From IMG/VR virus record IMGVR_UViG_3300014962_000394, positions 1 through 54,721 of that record: DNA of 54,721 bases. One strand, written 5' to 3'. The notes under the pieces are model-generated. The model saw nothing but the letters and a program-made list of their open reading frames with translations. It ran no database searches and was not told where the DNA came from. Shown piece after piece: positions 42,722 through 51,238 of this stretch (the stretch's first letter is position 1; each line of letters begins with the position of its first letter). The translations under genes were made by a program, and so were the position numbers. The stretch comes from a virus. Lineage: Duplodnaviria > Caudoviricetes.

Positions 42722-42820
42722 TTATGGATAATATATTTAACGAACCATTCTGTTGGTATCAACGAAATGGTTAAAACATATACCGACCATGTTTTCAAAG
42801 AACTTACTTTGAGTATCTAT

Positions 42821-42854
42821 CAAAGATACAAAAAATATAAATATTAAGCAAGCA
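42821..42854 (-). promoter_or_regulatory. Bacteroidota-type promoter
   Basis: TGCTTG-N20-TATCTTTG. Confidence 0.65.
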
Positions 42855-42867
42855 ATTTTTATTTATT

Positions 42868-42952
42868 AGATCTATAGATCTAGATCTATATTAGATCTAT
42901 ATTAGATCTAGATCTGATCACTTTCTTTGTGTTCACACTTTCTCCGTGTTCA
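42868..42952. repeat. Six AGATCT plus one GATC, followed by two 17-bp direct repeats (candidate origin)
   Basis: AGATCT at 42868, 42876, 42882, 42893, 42904, 42910; cactttctttgtgttca / cactttctccgtgttca at 42919 and 42936. Confidence 0.8.
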
Positions 42953-42956
42953 CTGG

Positions 42957-42990
42957 CAAGATAATAAATTTTACCTATATGATCAAAGCA
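42957..42990 (-). promoter_or_regulatory. Early-type promoter pointing into the repeat cluster
   Basis: TGCTTTGATC...TTATCTTG on the minus strand. Confidence 0.55.
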
Positions 42991-42997
42991 ATATCTA

Positions 42998-43654
42998 CTA
43001 CCAAGCAAGCACATTTGGATATTTCCTCATTTTTTTAATTGGCGATTGTACATAATCATATTTGTTTCCACGATATAGAAATGTAGAACCACCGCCATCC
43101 ATGTTTATGGCATCCTTACAACCCAATTCCAATAATCTCTTGGGTAAATCAACAACTCTTATACCTGTGTTAATATAAATAAATACACTATCTTGATGAT
43201 GACTGCCAAACACCGTTCTCGGCCTTCTGGCTGTTGTAAAACTATTATTTGGTATCTTTTGTGGTAAACTGTCCTTAACGAGTAATGGCGTTCCCGCAAA
43301 GATGTATTTTGACCATATAGCAGGTACACCAAGCCGGTCGCTGAAGTGTAAATGTGGCCTTAAATTAGGAACACCAAAATCGTGTGGATCATCAATAGAC
43401 ACAAATGGCCAACTATGTGGATTGTTTGGTTTGATATAATCATGGTTTTTGAACGGTGGAACTACCGATTTTGTAGTAAAAAATGATAAATTAACCATAT
43501 TCCTAATTTTATACTTTACAGAATACCATGATGGGTGACGTAGAGTATCAGAAGAAAATACATGAACATCTTTGACCGCCAACTTAATCACCCATTCCTT
43601 CCCCAAAATCATCGGTGATACTAAAAATAATAATAAAATAAACCTTAACATCAA
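42998..43654 (-). CDS. Secreted phosphodiester glycosidase (NAGPA-like)
   Basis: Signal peptide; AGTPLLV, RRPRTVFG, AINMDGGGST. Confidence 0.8.
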   Translation of the reverse strand: MMLRFILLLFLVSPMILGKEWVIKLAVKDVHVFSSDTLRHPSWYSVKYKIRNMVNLSFFTTKSVVPPFKNHDYIKPNNPHSWPFVSIDDPHDFGVPNLRPHLHFSDRLGVPAIWSKYIFAGTPLLVKDSLPQKIPNNSFTTARRPRTVFGSHHQDSVFIYINTGIRVVDLPKRLLELGCKDAINMDGGGSTFLYRGNKYDYVQSPIKKMRKYPNVLAW

Positions 43655-43699
43655 TTTCCCTCAATGAAAATAATAACTATGATAAAAAATTTTAAAAAA

Positions 43700-43733
43700 T
43701 GCTTGCTTTGTATTAAACTATTTCTTATATTCG
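43700..43733 (+). promoter_or_regulatory. Bacteroidota-type promoter
   Basis: TGCTTG-N20-TATATTCG. Confidence 0.55.
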
Positions 43734-43777
43734 TATCAAATATAATCATTTTAACTCACATTTCCAAAGGAATTGTT

Positions 43778-43984
43778 ATGGCGTTCTACCTAGCAAAAGT
43801 TCAATTTGAAATCACAAATGAACAAGGTAAAGTAAAAAAGCACAACCGCACTTATGTAGTTGATGCAGTTTCGGTAACTGATGCAGAAGTTATGGTGAAT
43901 AAATATCTAAAAGATAGCACCGAACCTTTTGAAGTTAAAACTATTGCAGAATCAAAAATTGTGGATTGCATTTATGAACAATAA
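43778..43984 (+). CDS. DUF4494-like protein
   Basis: FY.AKV......QGKVKK....Y.VDA.SVT.AE...FEV..I.ESKI. Confidence 0.7.
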   Translation: MAFYLAKVQFEITNEQGKVKKHNRTYVVDAVSVTDAEVMVNKYLKDSTEPFEVKTIAESKIVDCIYEQ

Positions 43985-44417
43985 CAAATTTAATTTACTA
44001 CTAAATGAATTTAAAGAAAATTTCATATTTGTTTCAAATGCAGAAACTCTTGAAGATCTAAAAGAAAAATATATCTCCCTTGAAATAACAAGAGAGAATA
44101 TTCACGAATGGATATTGAGTAATTGTCCAGATGATGAACAAAAAGCTGAACATTTTAATAAGTTTGGTAAATTTGAAAATTCACTTTGGACAGAGGATTC
44201 AAACGGAGAAGTTCTCGTTGGTGTCCCCATTTTTGATTTAGATATTAGTTTTGATGAAATTGATCAAATGTTTGATGATTATGGATCTTATTTTCAAAGA
44301 TATGGTTGTCTCTCACCTGATCAAATTGTATCATGGGATAAAGAAAATGTCCTATTCGATGATGAATTTGGAAATGTGGAAATAGTAAAAAGACCTGATG
44401 TTTTGTTGAATATCTAA
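43974..44417 (+). CDS. Hypothetical acidic protein
   Basis: ATG overlapping the previous gene. Confidence 0.65.
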   Translation: MNNNKFNLLLNEFKENFIFVSNAETLEDLKEKYISLEITRENIHEWILSNCPDDEQKAEHFNKFGKFENSLWTEDSNGEVLVGVPIFDLDISFDEIDQMFDDYGSYFQRYGCLSPDQIVSWDKENVLFDDEFGNVEIVKRPDVLLNI

Positions 44418-44428
44418 CAAAAATTTGT

Positions 44429-44520
44429 TAAGTCTTTTATTTTCAAGGATTTACGTCATTTCAGGCGTAAGTCCTTTATTTTTATAGACTTAGCGTAACT
44501 CCTTACAAATCAACAACTTA
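44429..44520. repeat. Three 25-bp imperfect palindromes TAASTC-N13-RAYTTA
   Basis: Copies at 44429-44453, 44468-44492, 44496-44520. Confidence 0.8.
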
Positions 44521-44537
44521 AAATTTTTTTTTATTAT

Positions 44538-44573
44538 TGCTTTGATCTTTGAAGAAAATGCCTTATATTTGTA
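44538..44573 (+). promoter_or_regulatory. Early promoter
   Basis: TGCTTTGATCT-N15-TATATTTGTA. Confidence 0.8.
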
Positions 44574-44631
44574 GTATAAAATGATGACAACCAAAACAAA
44601 TATGAACAATTTTCAAAATAATTTCAAATAG

Positions 44632-44667
44632 TGCTTTGATCTTAAGAAAAAATGTCCTATATTTGTA
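44632..44667 (+). promoter_or_regulatory. Early promoter
   Basis: TGCTTTGATCT-N15-TATATTTGTA. Confidence 0.8.
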
Positions 44668-44705
44668 GAGTAAGAAAAACAACAACCACATTCAAGGATC
44701 TCAAA

Positions 44706-45038
44706 ATGAGAAAAGTAACATCCCTCGCCGTATCAAAATGGTTAATGCGTAAAAAATTCCGCAGAGACAATACACACACAGACGGCACAACATTATATCT
44801 ACATGGTCATGCTATTGCAAAGATTGATGATAGTGACGGAATGATATATGTTCGTTCTGCAGGTTGGGAGACTAAGACTACAAAAGAAAGATTGAACGGT
44901 ATTCCAGGTGTCCGTATTCATCAGAAAAATTGGATGTGGTTCTTAAATAACCAACCTTGGCCTCATAGCCAAAATTGGACACCAATCGGTAGATATTCTT
45001 CTGAAAATGGTGGTATGGTAATTACAAACCATATTTAA
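44706..45038 (+). CDS. Hypothetical early protein
   Basis: LHG..IA...GW.T.TTKERLN; start moved downstream of the promoter. Confidence 0.7.
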   Translation: MRKVTSLAVSKWLMRKKFRRDNTHTDGTTLYLHGHAIAKIDDSDGMIYVRSAGWETKTTKERLNGIPGVRIHQKNWMWFLNNQPWPHSQNWTPIGRYSSENGGMVITNHI

Positions 45039-45093
45039 TCTACCAACAAAAACGGTAATAACAAAAAATTTATTAAGATAAGGAAATAAAAAT

Positions 45094-45651
45094 ATGAAAC
45101 GCAAAGGAACTGCAAAAAAACAAACAAGAAATCTTGAAAATATCAAGATGCGAACCGTAACTTGTGAGGGTGGCAACCCAACAAGTAAATGGTATTCCGG
45201 CCGTGACTGCAACGAAAAACTGCGTGTCATGGAAGGCGTAGTCTCTGCCACTTGTTGGAAATGTGTTGCTGGAAAGATTCCTGGTCCTACTCTGAATGAG
45301 AAAACAGTTTCCACTGGTTTTCCTCGCGGCTGGAAATTCTTTAAGGAATTTGTCCATGAGAATGGCAAGGTATATCATAAGGGCGTAGAGAAGCCGGAAT
45401 TGTTTGGTAGTTTACCTGCAACGGAAATCAAACCAACGGAACCAAACAAGAAAAAGAAATTGACGCTCGATGATAAAATTTCTGCTGAAGTTACGAAGAA
45501 ATTGAAAAAGAAAAAGTCTCCTGCAAAGGCGGCTCCGAAAACTACGAAGAAAACTGCTAAACCGAAGACTGCTAAGGTAACGAAGAAAACTACAAAGAAA
45601 ACAACAACAAAATCTATTAAACCAACAAAAACAACCAGGAGAAAGAAATGA
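45094..45651 (+). CDS. Putative DNA-binding protein: Cys4 motif + histone H1-like K/T/A-rich tail
   Basis: C...C...CWKC; SPAKAAPKTTKKTAKPKTAKVTKKTTKK. Confidence 0.65.
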   Translation: MKRKGTAKKQTRNLENIKMRTVTCEGGNPTSKWYSGRDCNEKLRVMEGVVSATCWKCVAGKIPGPTLNEKTVSTGFPRGWKFFKEFVHENGKVYHKGVEKPELFGSLPATEIKPTEPNKKKKLTLDDKISAEVTKKLKKKKSPAKAAPKTTKKTAKPKTAKVTKKTTKKTTTKSIKPTKTTRRKK

Positions 45652-45938
45652 TTGATACCCCACAAGGAAAATGGTATACGGTTCCAGAAGTTGCAAAAAT
45701 TCTCGGATGTTCGTTTCAGTATGTTCGCCGTCTGACAAATGGAAGAACCCGAAAATACCAAAGTTACAAAATACATGAGAAACCAGTAGTTGATCAAACT
45801 CTTGTCCTCAAAGTCCAGAAAGAGAATCAGAAGAAAGTAAAATATCTGGTTCACGAAGATGCTGTTAAGTTGTTGGTAAATAAGAAATTATCAAAAATTT
45901 ACAAAAAACTTGAAAATAATGCTTTGATCTCTCAATAA
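45648..45938 (+). CDS. Helix-turn-helix protein (excisionase/MerR-like)
   Basis: WYTVPEVAKILGCSFQYVRRL; AGGAG upstream. Confidence 0.7.
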   Translation: MIDTPQGKWYTVPEVAKILGCSFQYVRRLTNGRTRKYQSYKIHEKPVVDQTLVLKVQKENQKKVKYLVHEDAVKLLVNKKLSKIYKKLENNALISQ

Positions 45939-45955
45939 AATGCCTTATATTTGTA
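45920..45955 (+). promoter_or_regulatory. Early promoter
   Basis: TGCTTTGATCT-N15-TATATTTGTA. Confidence 0.8.
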
Positions 45956-45999
45956 TATCTTAAAAAACAACCTTATTCATTTCTTACAGGAATTGTTCT

Positions 46000-46947
46000 A
46001 TGTCTAGAACCAAAACAACCAAAACCAAATCACAAAATTTGTCTGTTGCAGATATTGTTGCTACAGCCCCAACATTCCGTCCGGAATCTCTTATTCTATC
46101 GGACATAAAATGGAAATATCTTGTCCGTAGTGTTCTCCGTGGTCAAAATCTTATGATAACTGGTCCTGCCGGCTCCGGTAAAACTCTTGCCGTCCGAACC
46201 GTTGCAGATGCTATGGATAGACCGTTCTATTATTTCAATTTGGGTTCAACACAGGATCCAAGAACGGCTCTCATTGGAACCACTCATTTTGACAAAGAAA
46301 GTGGAACATATTTCAATCAATCAACCTTTATCAAGGCAATTCAAATTCCTGATGCAGTTATCCTGCTTGATGAATTGTCCCGTGCTCATCCAGAGGCATG
46401 GAATATCTTGATGACCGTTCTTGATGACGGACAAAGATATGTTCGTGTTGATGAAAGTCCTGATGCTGAAGTTATCAAGGTTGCACCTGGTGTTTCTTTC
46501 CTTGCTACCGCTAATATCGGTGTGGAATATACCTCAACCCGTGTAATTGACCGTGCTATTCAAGACCGTTTCCTCATTCTTGAAATGGACTTGTTGGACA
46601 AATCACAACAAGGCAAGCTAATCAATTATGTTTGTCCAAATCTTGATGAACAAACAGTTGATATTTTGACTTCAATCTATACACAAGTTTACAATGAGGT
46701 TCTTTCCGGTCACGGTAAAGTTTCAACCACTATATCAACCAGAACCATTCTTCGTGCCGCTGCTCTCATTTGTGACGGATTTACTATCGGTGAGGCACTT
46801 GAAGTGTGTGTATTCCCATATTTCACCGAAGAAGGTGGTGCTGATAGTGAGAGAACCTATGTTCGCCAGATTGTTCAAAAGTTTATTCCTATTGAAAGTC
46901 TAAACAATGACAATATGTTTGATGAAGGCGATACTGCTAAGAAATGA
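46000..46947 (+). CDS. MoxR/CbbQ/NirQ-family AAA+ ATPase
   Basis: GPAGSGKT, ILLDELSRA, ATAN, DRA..DRF, STR. Confidence 0.9.
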   Translation: MSRTKTTKTKSQNLSVADIVATAPTFRPESLILSDIKWKYLVRSVLRGQNLMITGPAGSGKTLAVRTVADAMDRPFYYFNLGSTQDPRTALIGTTHFDKESGTYFNQSTFIKAIQIPDAVILLDELSRAHPEAWNILMTVLDDGQRYVRVDESPDAEVIKVAPGVSFLATANIGVEYTSTRVIDRAIQDRFLILEMDLLDKSQQGKLINYVCPNLDEQTVDILTSIYTQVYNEVLSGHGKVSTTISTRTILRAAALICDGFTIGEALEVCVFPYFTEEGGADSERTYVRQIVQKFIPIESLNNDNMFDEGDTAKK

Positions 46948-46966
46948 AGATATGTTATTCACAAAT

Positions 46967-46998
46967 AGTAGTGTGGGGGTTCGCCCCCGCACTGCTTT
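46967..46998 (+). terminator. Strong UUCG-capped hairpin between the AAA+ and VWA genes
   Basis: AGTAGTGTGGGGG-TTCG-CCCCCGCACTGCT-TT. Confidence 0.65.
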
Positions 46999-47041
46999 AT
47001 ATTTATAGAAACAACCAATAACAACCATAAAGGGATATGTA

Positions 47042-49189
47042 ATGAGTAAATTCAAAAAATCAGTAAAGAGTATTCTTGCAGAAGCAAGTGCCAGAACAAA
47101 TCAATTTTGGAACAAATATGCTTCCGATTATACAGACGAGTATTCAGCCGGAACCAATTACTGGCTCAAAGGTAGTTTGTTTGACAAGAAGGAATCCATG
47201 TTCAAAGATGAATATGGTTTCAAAGAAGAAAAACATGACTATTTTGCACTTGCACAATACCAACGAGCCGTTGCAAACTTTGTTCATATTATGACCGGTG
47301 ATCCTAAAATTCGTGTCCAATACAACAACAATGGTCAAAATATGACCGATGGACAAACGGTTCACCTTTCTGCATCCGTAAATGAAAAAGACTTTGATTC
47401 AAATGTTGGTCTTGCCCTCCATGAGAGTAGTCACATTCTCTATACAGACATGAAAAAGTTTCGTGACGCAGTTGCTGACTTGGTATATTATTCACATCAA
47501 CACTTGACCGATGAAAATGGTAATCACATTTTTGACAGTCAAGAACAAGTAGATAAATTGTTTGAAGGGTATCGCGATAAACAAGAATTTTTCAAATCTG
47601 TTGTCAATATCATCGAAGACTTGTATATTGATGCCATGACATATACTGCTGCTCCCGGCTATCGTATTTATTACAAAGCTCTTTACAACAAGTTTTTTGG
47701 TGACGAAAAAGTTACTCGCGGTTTTTATGATGAAGAATTTATGAAACCTACCGCTCACAATTATCTTTTTCACCTATGTAATTTCCGCAGTCCATACCGC
47801 AATCTAAATGCTCTCCCTGCATTGCAATTAGTTTGGGACACACTTGACTTGCAGAACATTCGTAGATTGAAAACAGATGAAGACCGTATCAAACTTTCTG
47901 AAAGAATTGCAGGTATCATTCTCAAACAATTGAGTGAATTACCCAAAGACGATGATACTGACAAAGAACCTATTGACCAAGACGGCGATGAAGGAGGCGT
48001 AGGCGATGGTGAAGGTTATGACCATGAACCAATAGGTGGCAATCCTGGTCCTCAAATACCTGATGGCGTTAGTGACAAACCACTAACAGACAAACAGAGA
48101 GAACAAATTGAAAAGTTGTTCAAGAAACAATTAGACCTTATCAACGGTGAAACCAAAAAAACAAAATTGACAAAGGCAGAGGCACAAAAAGTTGATGCTA
48201 TAACATCGGTAGATTTCGATGAAGAAATTGTTGCAAGAAATTTTGTTGATGACTATGGTAGATTTAATCCACGCGGTGTCAAAACTTTTATTGTCCGTAA
48301 TATCAATAAAACATTCATGGGTAGTGAAGTATCCGCACCATTCGGTGTGAGATCATACGGTTGGAAAAGACGCGATATATCCAGATATATTGCTCTCGGT
48401 AAATTACTTGCTAAGAAGTTACAAATTCGTAATGAAGAAAGAGTAACTACATCTACCCGTCTCAAATCTGGCAGAATTGATGCAAGATTGTTACATGAAA
48501 TTGGTAGTAGTAATTATGACATATTCAAACAAATTACTATTCACGAATATCAACCGTCATATATTCACCTGTCCATTGACCAATCAGGTTCAATGAATGG
48601 TGACAAGTTTGAAGAATCAGTAAAACTTGCGGTTATGTTTGCAGTTGCTGCTAAACAAATCAAAAATCTTCATGTTGTTGTTAGTGCTCGTTCTGTATAT
48701 TCAGACAATTATTCGTATGGTAGAGGTAAATCAACAATGCATGATACGCCATATCTTATTTACCTATACGATTCCAACAAACATAACCTTGCTCATATCC
48801 GTGATGTGTTTGAAACTATACAGACAACAAACACAACACCAGAAGGACTTTGTTTTGAGGCAATCATGGGTGAAATTATGAAACAATCTGCTAATACGGA
48901 TGCTTACTTTATCAACCTATGTGACGGCCAACCATTCATGGTAAATGATAAAACACAATTTGCTTATCGCGGACAAGCAGCTCAACAACACTCCAGAAAA
49001 CAAGTTGAGCGTATGCGTGCTCGTGGTATCAATGTCCTCACATATTTCATCGGTAGTAGATACGAATTTCAAGATGTTGTGAATACATACAAGACAAATT
49101 GTGTTCATCTAAACCGTGCCGATGAAATTCCAAAAGTTGTTAAGGCCATGAATGCCGAACTACTATCTGCGGCTAAAAAGAATGGTTAA
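47042..49189 (+). CDS. VWA (CobT-like) protein with N-terminal HExxH domain
   Basis: LALHESSH, N.IED; acidic linker; MIDAS DQSGS...T...DG. Confidence 0.85.
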   Translation: MSKFKKSVKSILAEASARTNQFWNKYASDYTDEYSAGTNYWLKGSLFDKKESMFKDEYGFKEEKHDYFALAQYQRAVANFVHIMTGDPKIRVQYNNNGQNMTDGQTVHLSASVNEKDFDSNVGLALHESSHILYTDMKKFRDAVADLVYYSHQHLTDENGNHIFDSQEQVDKLFEGYRDKQEFFKSVVNIIEDLYIDAMTYTAAPGYRIYYKALYNKFFGDEKVTRGFYDEEFMKPTAHNYLFHLCNFRSPYRNLNALPALQLVWDTLDLQNIRRLKTDEDRIKLSERIAGIILKQLSELPKDDDTDKEPIDQDGDEGGVGDGEGYDHEPIGGNPGPQIPDGVSDKPLTDKQREQIEKLFKKQLDLINGETKKTKLTKAEAQKVDAITSVDFDEEIVARNFVDDYGRFNPRGVKTFIVRNINKTFMGSEVSAPFGVRSYGWKRRDISRYIALGKLLAKKLQIRNEERVTTSTRLKSGRIDARLLHEIGSSNYDIFKQITIHEYQPSYIHLSIDQSGSMNGDKFEESVKLAVMFAVAAKQIKNLHVVVSARSVYSDNYSYGRGKSTMHDTPYLIYLYDSNKHNLAHIRDVFETIQTTNTTPEGLCFEAIMGEIMKQSANTDAYFINLCDGQPFMVNDKTQFAYRGQAAQQHSRKQVERMRARGINVLTYFIGSRYEFQDVVNTYKTNCVHLNRADEIPKVVKAMNAELLSAAKKNG

Positions 49190-49658
49190 AACAAAATATC
49201 TCAAACGATTTGCAATGGCTCCGCCGGTTAAACCAATACCGGCGGAAACCATGTATCTTTCCAAGAACAAAGTGGATGATGAAACAATTGATACCATAGT
49301 TGATTATACAATGGAATGGTGTATAGAAAAATTTGGTATCAATGAACATAGAGGTAATCCGTATGTTTGTTGGGAATGGAATAGTCTTGATGGTGAAGAG
49401 GATAAAGATTGTCTTGCATTCTTCGATGACGATGACAATACAATTATCATTAGAGTTCGTGGTCATAGAACTGTAAAAAACTTTGTCAAAACTCTTATAC
49501 ACGAATACATCCATTACCTACAACCTGCAAAGGGCGGTTGGTATGAAAGATGGGAAGAACAATATGGGTATGAGAAGAACCCGTATGAAATTGAAGCATA
49601 CTATTTGAGTGACTTGTATGCACAAACCGCAACCAATTTTGTTATGGAAAAAATATAA
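49182..49658 (+). CDS. Zincin-like metallopeptidase
   Basis: TLIHEYIHYLQ...NPYEIEA; start uncertain. Confidence 0.7.
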   Translation: MVKTKYLKRFAMAPPVKPIPAETMYLSKNKVDDETIDTIVDYTMEWCIEKFGINEHRGNPYVCWEWNSLDGEEDKDCLAFFDDDDNTIIIRVRGHRTVKNFVKTLIHEYIHYLQPAKGGWYERWEEQYGYEKNPYEIEAYYLSDLYAQTATNFVMEKI

Positions 49659-49665
49659 AAAAGAT

Positions 49666-49699
49666 TGCTTGCTTTTTACACAAAAAAATGTTATATTTG
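49666..49699 (+). promoter_or_regulatory. Bacteroidota-type promoter
   Basis: TGCTTG-N20-TATATTTG. Confidence 0.7.
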
Positions 49700-49718
49700 T
49701 TAATAAACTTTTTAAGAT

Positions 49719-50051
49719 ATGAAACTACTATTTGAAATACTCAAAAACGGAATGAAATACACATTTTTGTTCATTCTATTTGTAATTTTGTCGGTTATAT
49801 TCTCAATTTTATTCATGTTTGGGTTTGCATACTACATAAAACTTTGGGAAATAATACCAAATGACTTACACTTTTTGTTGCTTATACTTCTTCCAATCAT
49901 TATTATTGTCGGTATAATAACAACAATAATAAAAAAAATATTTGGTAGTGATAATTCCGAAGAAAAACCTAAACAAAGACAACCAGTAGATATATTAGAA
50001 CTTGCTAAAACTATAAGAAAGGAAATAGACGATGAAAAACTCAATAAGTAA
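49719..50051 (+). CDS. Two-TM membrane protein
   Basis: Two hydrophobic helices. Confidence 0.65.
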   Translation: MKLLFEILKNGMKYTFLFILFVILSVIFSILFMFGFAYYIKLWEIIPNDLHFLLLILLPIIIIVGIITTIIKKIFGSDNSEEKPKQRQPVDILELAKTIRKEIDDEKLNK

Positions 50052-50235
50052 TATCTCAATTGAAACAATAAAAGAAATTTCCATAGTAATTCTTTTATTA
50101 ACTCTATCAGTGAGTTTCAGTATATTGGTGTGGGATTTACACAACCAATCAATATTAGACAGAGAATATGGAAAGTTACTCATACAAGAAAAAGAAATAC
50201 AATTGAAAACTATCGAAGACCATTGTGGTCACTAG
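50032..50235 (+). CDS. Small membrane protein
   Basis: One TM helix. Confidence 0.55.
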   Translation: MKNSISNISIETIKEISIVILLLTLSVSFSILVWDLHNQSILDREYGKLLIQEKEIQLKTIEDHCGH

Positions 50236-50245
50236 AATAAAAAAT

Positions 50246-50319
50246 GGGCCTTTAGCTCAATTGGTTAGAGCAAACGACTCATAATCGTTAGGTTGCCGGT
50301 TCAAGTCCGGCAGGGCCCA
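50246..50319 (+). tRNA. tRNA with CAU anticodon, most likely tRNA-Ile2 (lysidine)
   Basis: Cloverleaf GGGCCTT/AGGGCCC, anticodon arm AACGA-CTCATAA-TCGTT, GGTTCAAGTCC; C4-G69 and C5-G68 as in Ile2; CCA not encoded. Confidence 0.9.
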
Positions 50320-50336
50320 CACACATTAGGAACAGT

Positions 50337-50486
50337 ATGGAACCACTTACTATTGAAAAATTAGAATCTTCTATAAAAATTGCTAAGGAATGGCTTGAAG
50401 AAAATCCACATGATACTTGGGTTCAAAAAGGACTTGAAGTAATGGAACAAGAATTGAATAGATTGAAAGGAGAAAGATTTAAATAA
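50337..50486 (+). CDS. Small hypothetical protein (49 aa)
   Basis: Hand translation MEPLTIEKLESSIKIAKEWLEENPHDTWVQKGLEVMEQELNRLKGERFK; AGGA upstream. Confidence 0.6.
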   Translation: MEPLTIEKLESSIKIAKEWLEENPHDTWVQKGLEVMEQELNRLKGERFK

Positions 50487-50494
50487 TTACTCAT

Positions 50495-50562
50495 ACATAC
50501 CCCGCCCGCTTGGGGATGTTAGGGGCACCGTTTTCGTGGTTGTTTTCGGTGCCCCACTTTTT
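50495..50562 (+). ncRNA. Candidate two-hairpin sRNA/terminator with GUGGUUGUUUU loop
   Basis: ACAT-A-CCCC/GGGG-ATGT hairpin; GGGGCACCG-N16-CGGTGCCCC followed by a T-run. Confidence 0.5.
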
Positions 50563-50612
50563 ATTTTTGAGTATATTTATTGATATGGGTAAAACAATCA
50601 ATTGGATATAGT

Positions 50613-51038
50613 ATGAAAGATTTAATAACAGAAGGTAGAGAATTACAAGAAAAATTTTTATCATCTATGAATGAAGATGATAGTGATTTGGTTTCAAAAT
50701 CCAATGATTACCGAGTAGTACAAGACACAGATAACCATGTTCTTGCAATTCCAAGAAACTATAATGCTGTTAGAGAATTATTGGATGATACGAAGTGGGC
50801 ACAAACTTTCACAACTACAGCATTTAGTCGGTATCAAAAACAAAAATACACAATATATTTTATTGTTTTGAAAAAAGCATCACCCAAATACAACAACAAC
50901 AACTATAAAAAAATGGCAGTCCTAATAAGTCCATCTGGAGAATTTACTTGTTATGATTCAACCGGTTCACTAATTGATATAACAAATATCATAACCATAA
51001 CCGGAATACAAAGAAATGTATTTAAACAATTAAGATGA
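50613..51038 (+). CDS. Hypothetical protein
   Basis: ATG at 50613; TATTTAT upstream. Confidence 0.6.
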   Translation: MKDLITEGRELQEKFLSSMNEDDSDLVSKSNDYRVVQDTDNHVLAIPRNYNAVRELLDDTKWAQTFTTTAFSRYQKQKYTIYFIVLKKASPKYNNNNYKKMAVLISPSGEFTCYDSTGSLIDITNIITITGIQRNVFKQLR

Positions 51039-51044
51039 TATAAT

Positions 51045-51236
51045 ATGAAGGTTACGATAAAAGAATTGTCAGAAAAAATTGAAATGATGGACAAAAGAAT
51101 TGATATTATGATGTCAATGGTCAATCATCTTAATTCTATAATAACAGACAACGCAATCCAAAAAATAGAAATAGATTTTGAAGAAGCGGTAAATAGAAAA
51201 ATACAATCCATGGATCAAGAACAATCTGAACAATAA
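51045..51236 (+). CDS. Small coiled-coil protein
   Basis: ORF in operon. Confidence 0.55.
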   Translation: MKVTIKELSEKIEMMDKRIDIMMSMVNHLNSIITDNAIQKIEIDFEEAVNRKIQSMDQEQSEQ

Positions 51237-51238
51237 AA

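Noticed and set aside
199-42731. Numerous short plus-strand ORFs in the track
   Set aside because: Antisense shadows of long minus-strand genes with no recognisable motifs
42940-42949. 10-nt identity (ttctccgtgt) with the loop at 53048-53057 as an RNA-RNA pairing
   Set aside because: A single 10-mer match is expected by chance in a window this size
44602-44631. Mini-ORF MNNFQNNFK between the tandem promoters
   Set aside because: Too short to support; may be chance or a gene remnant
44943-49514. Minus-strand ORFs (e.g. 44943-45368, 45375-45854)
   Set aside because: Antisense to motif-bearing plus-strand genes; the F/V-rich translations mirror the K/T-rich sense protein
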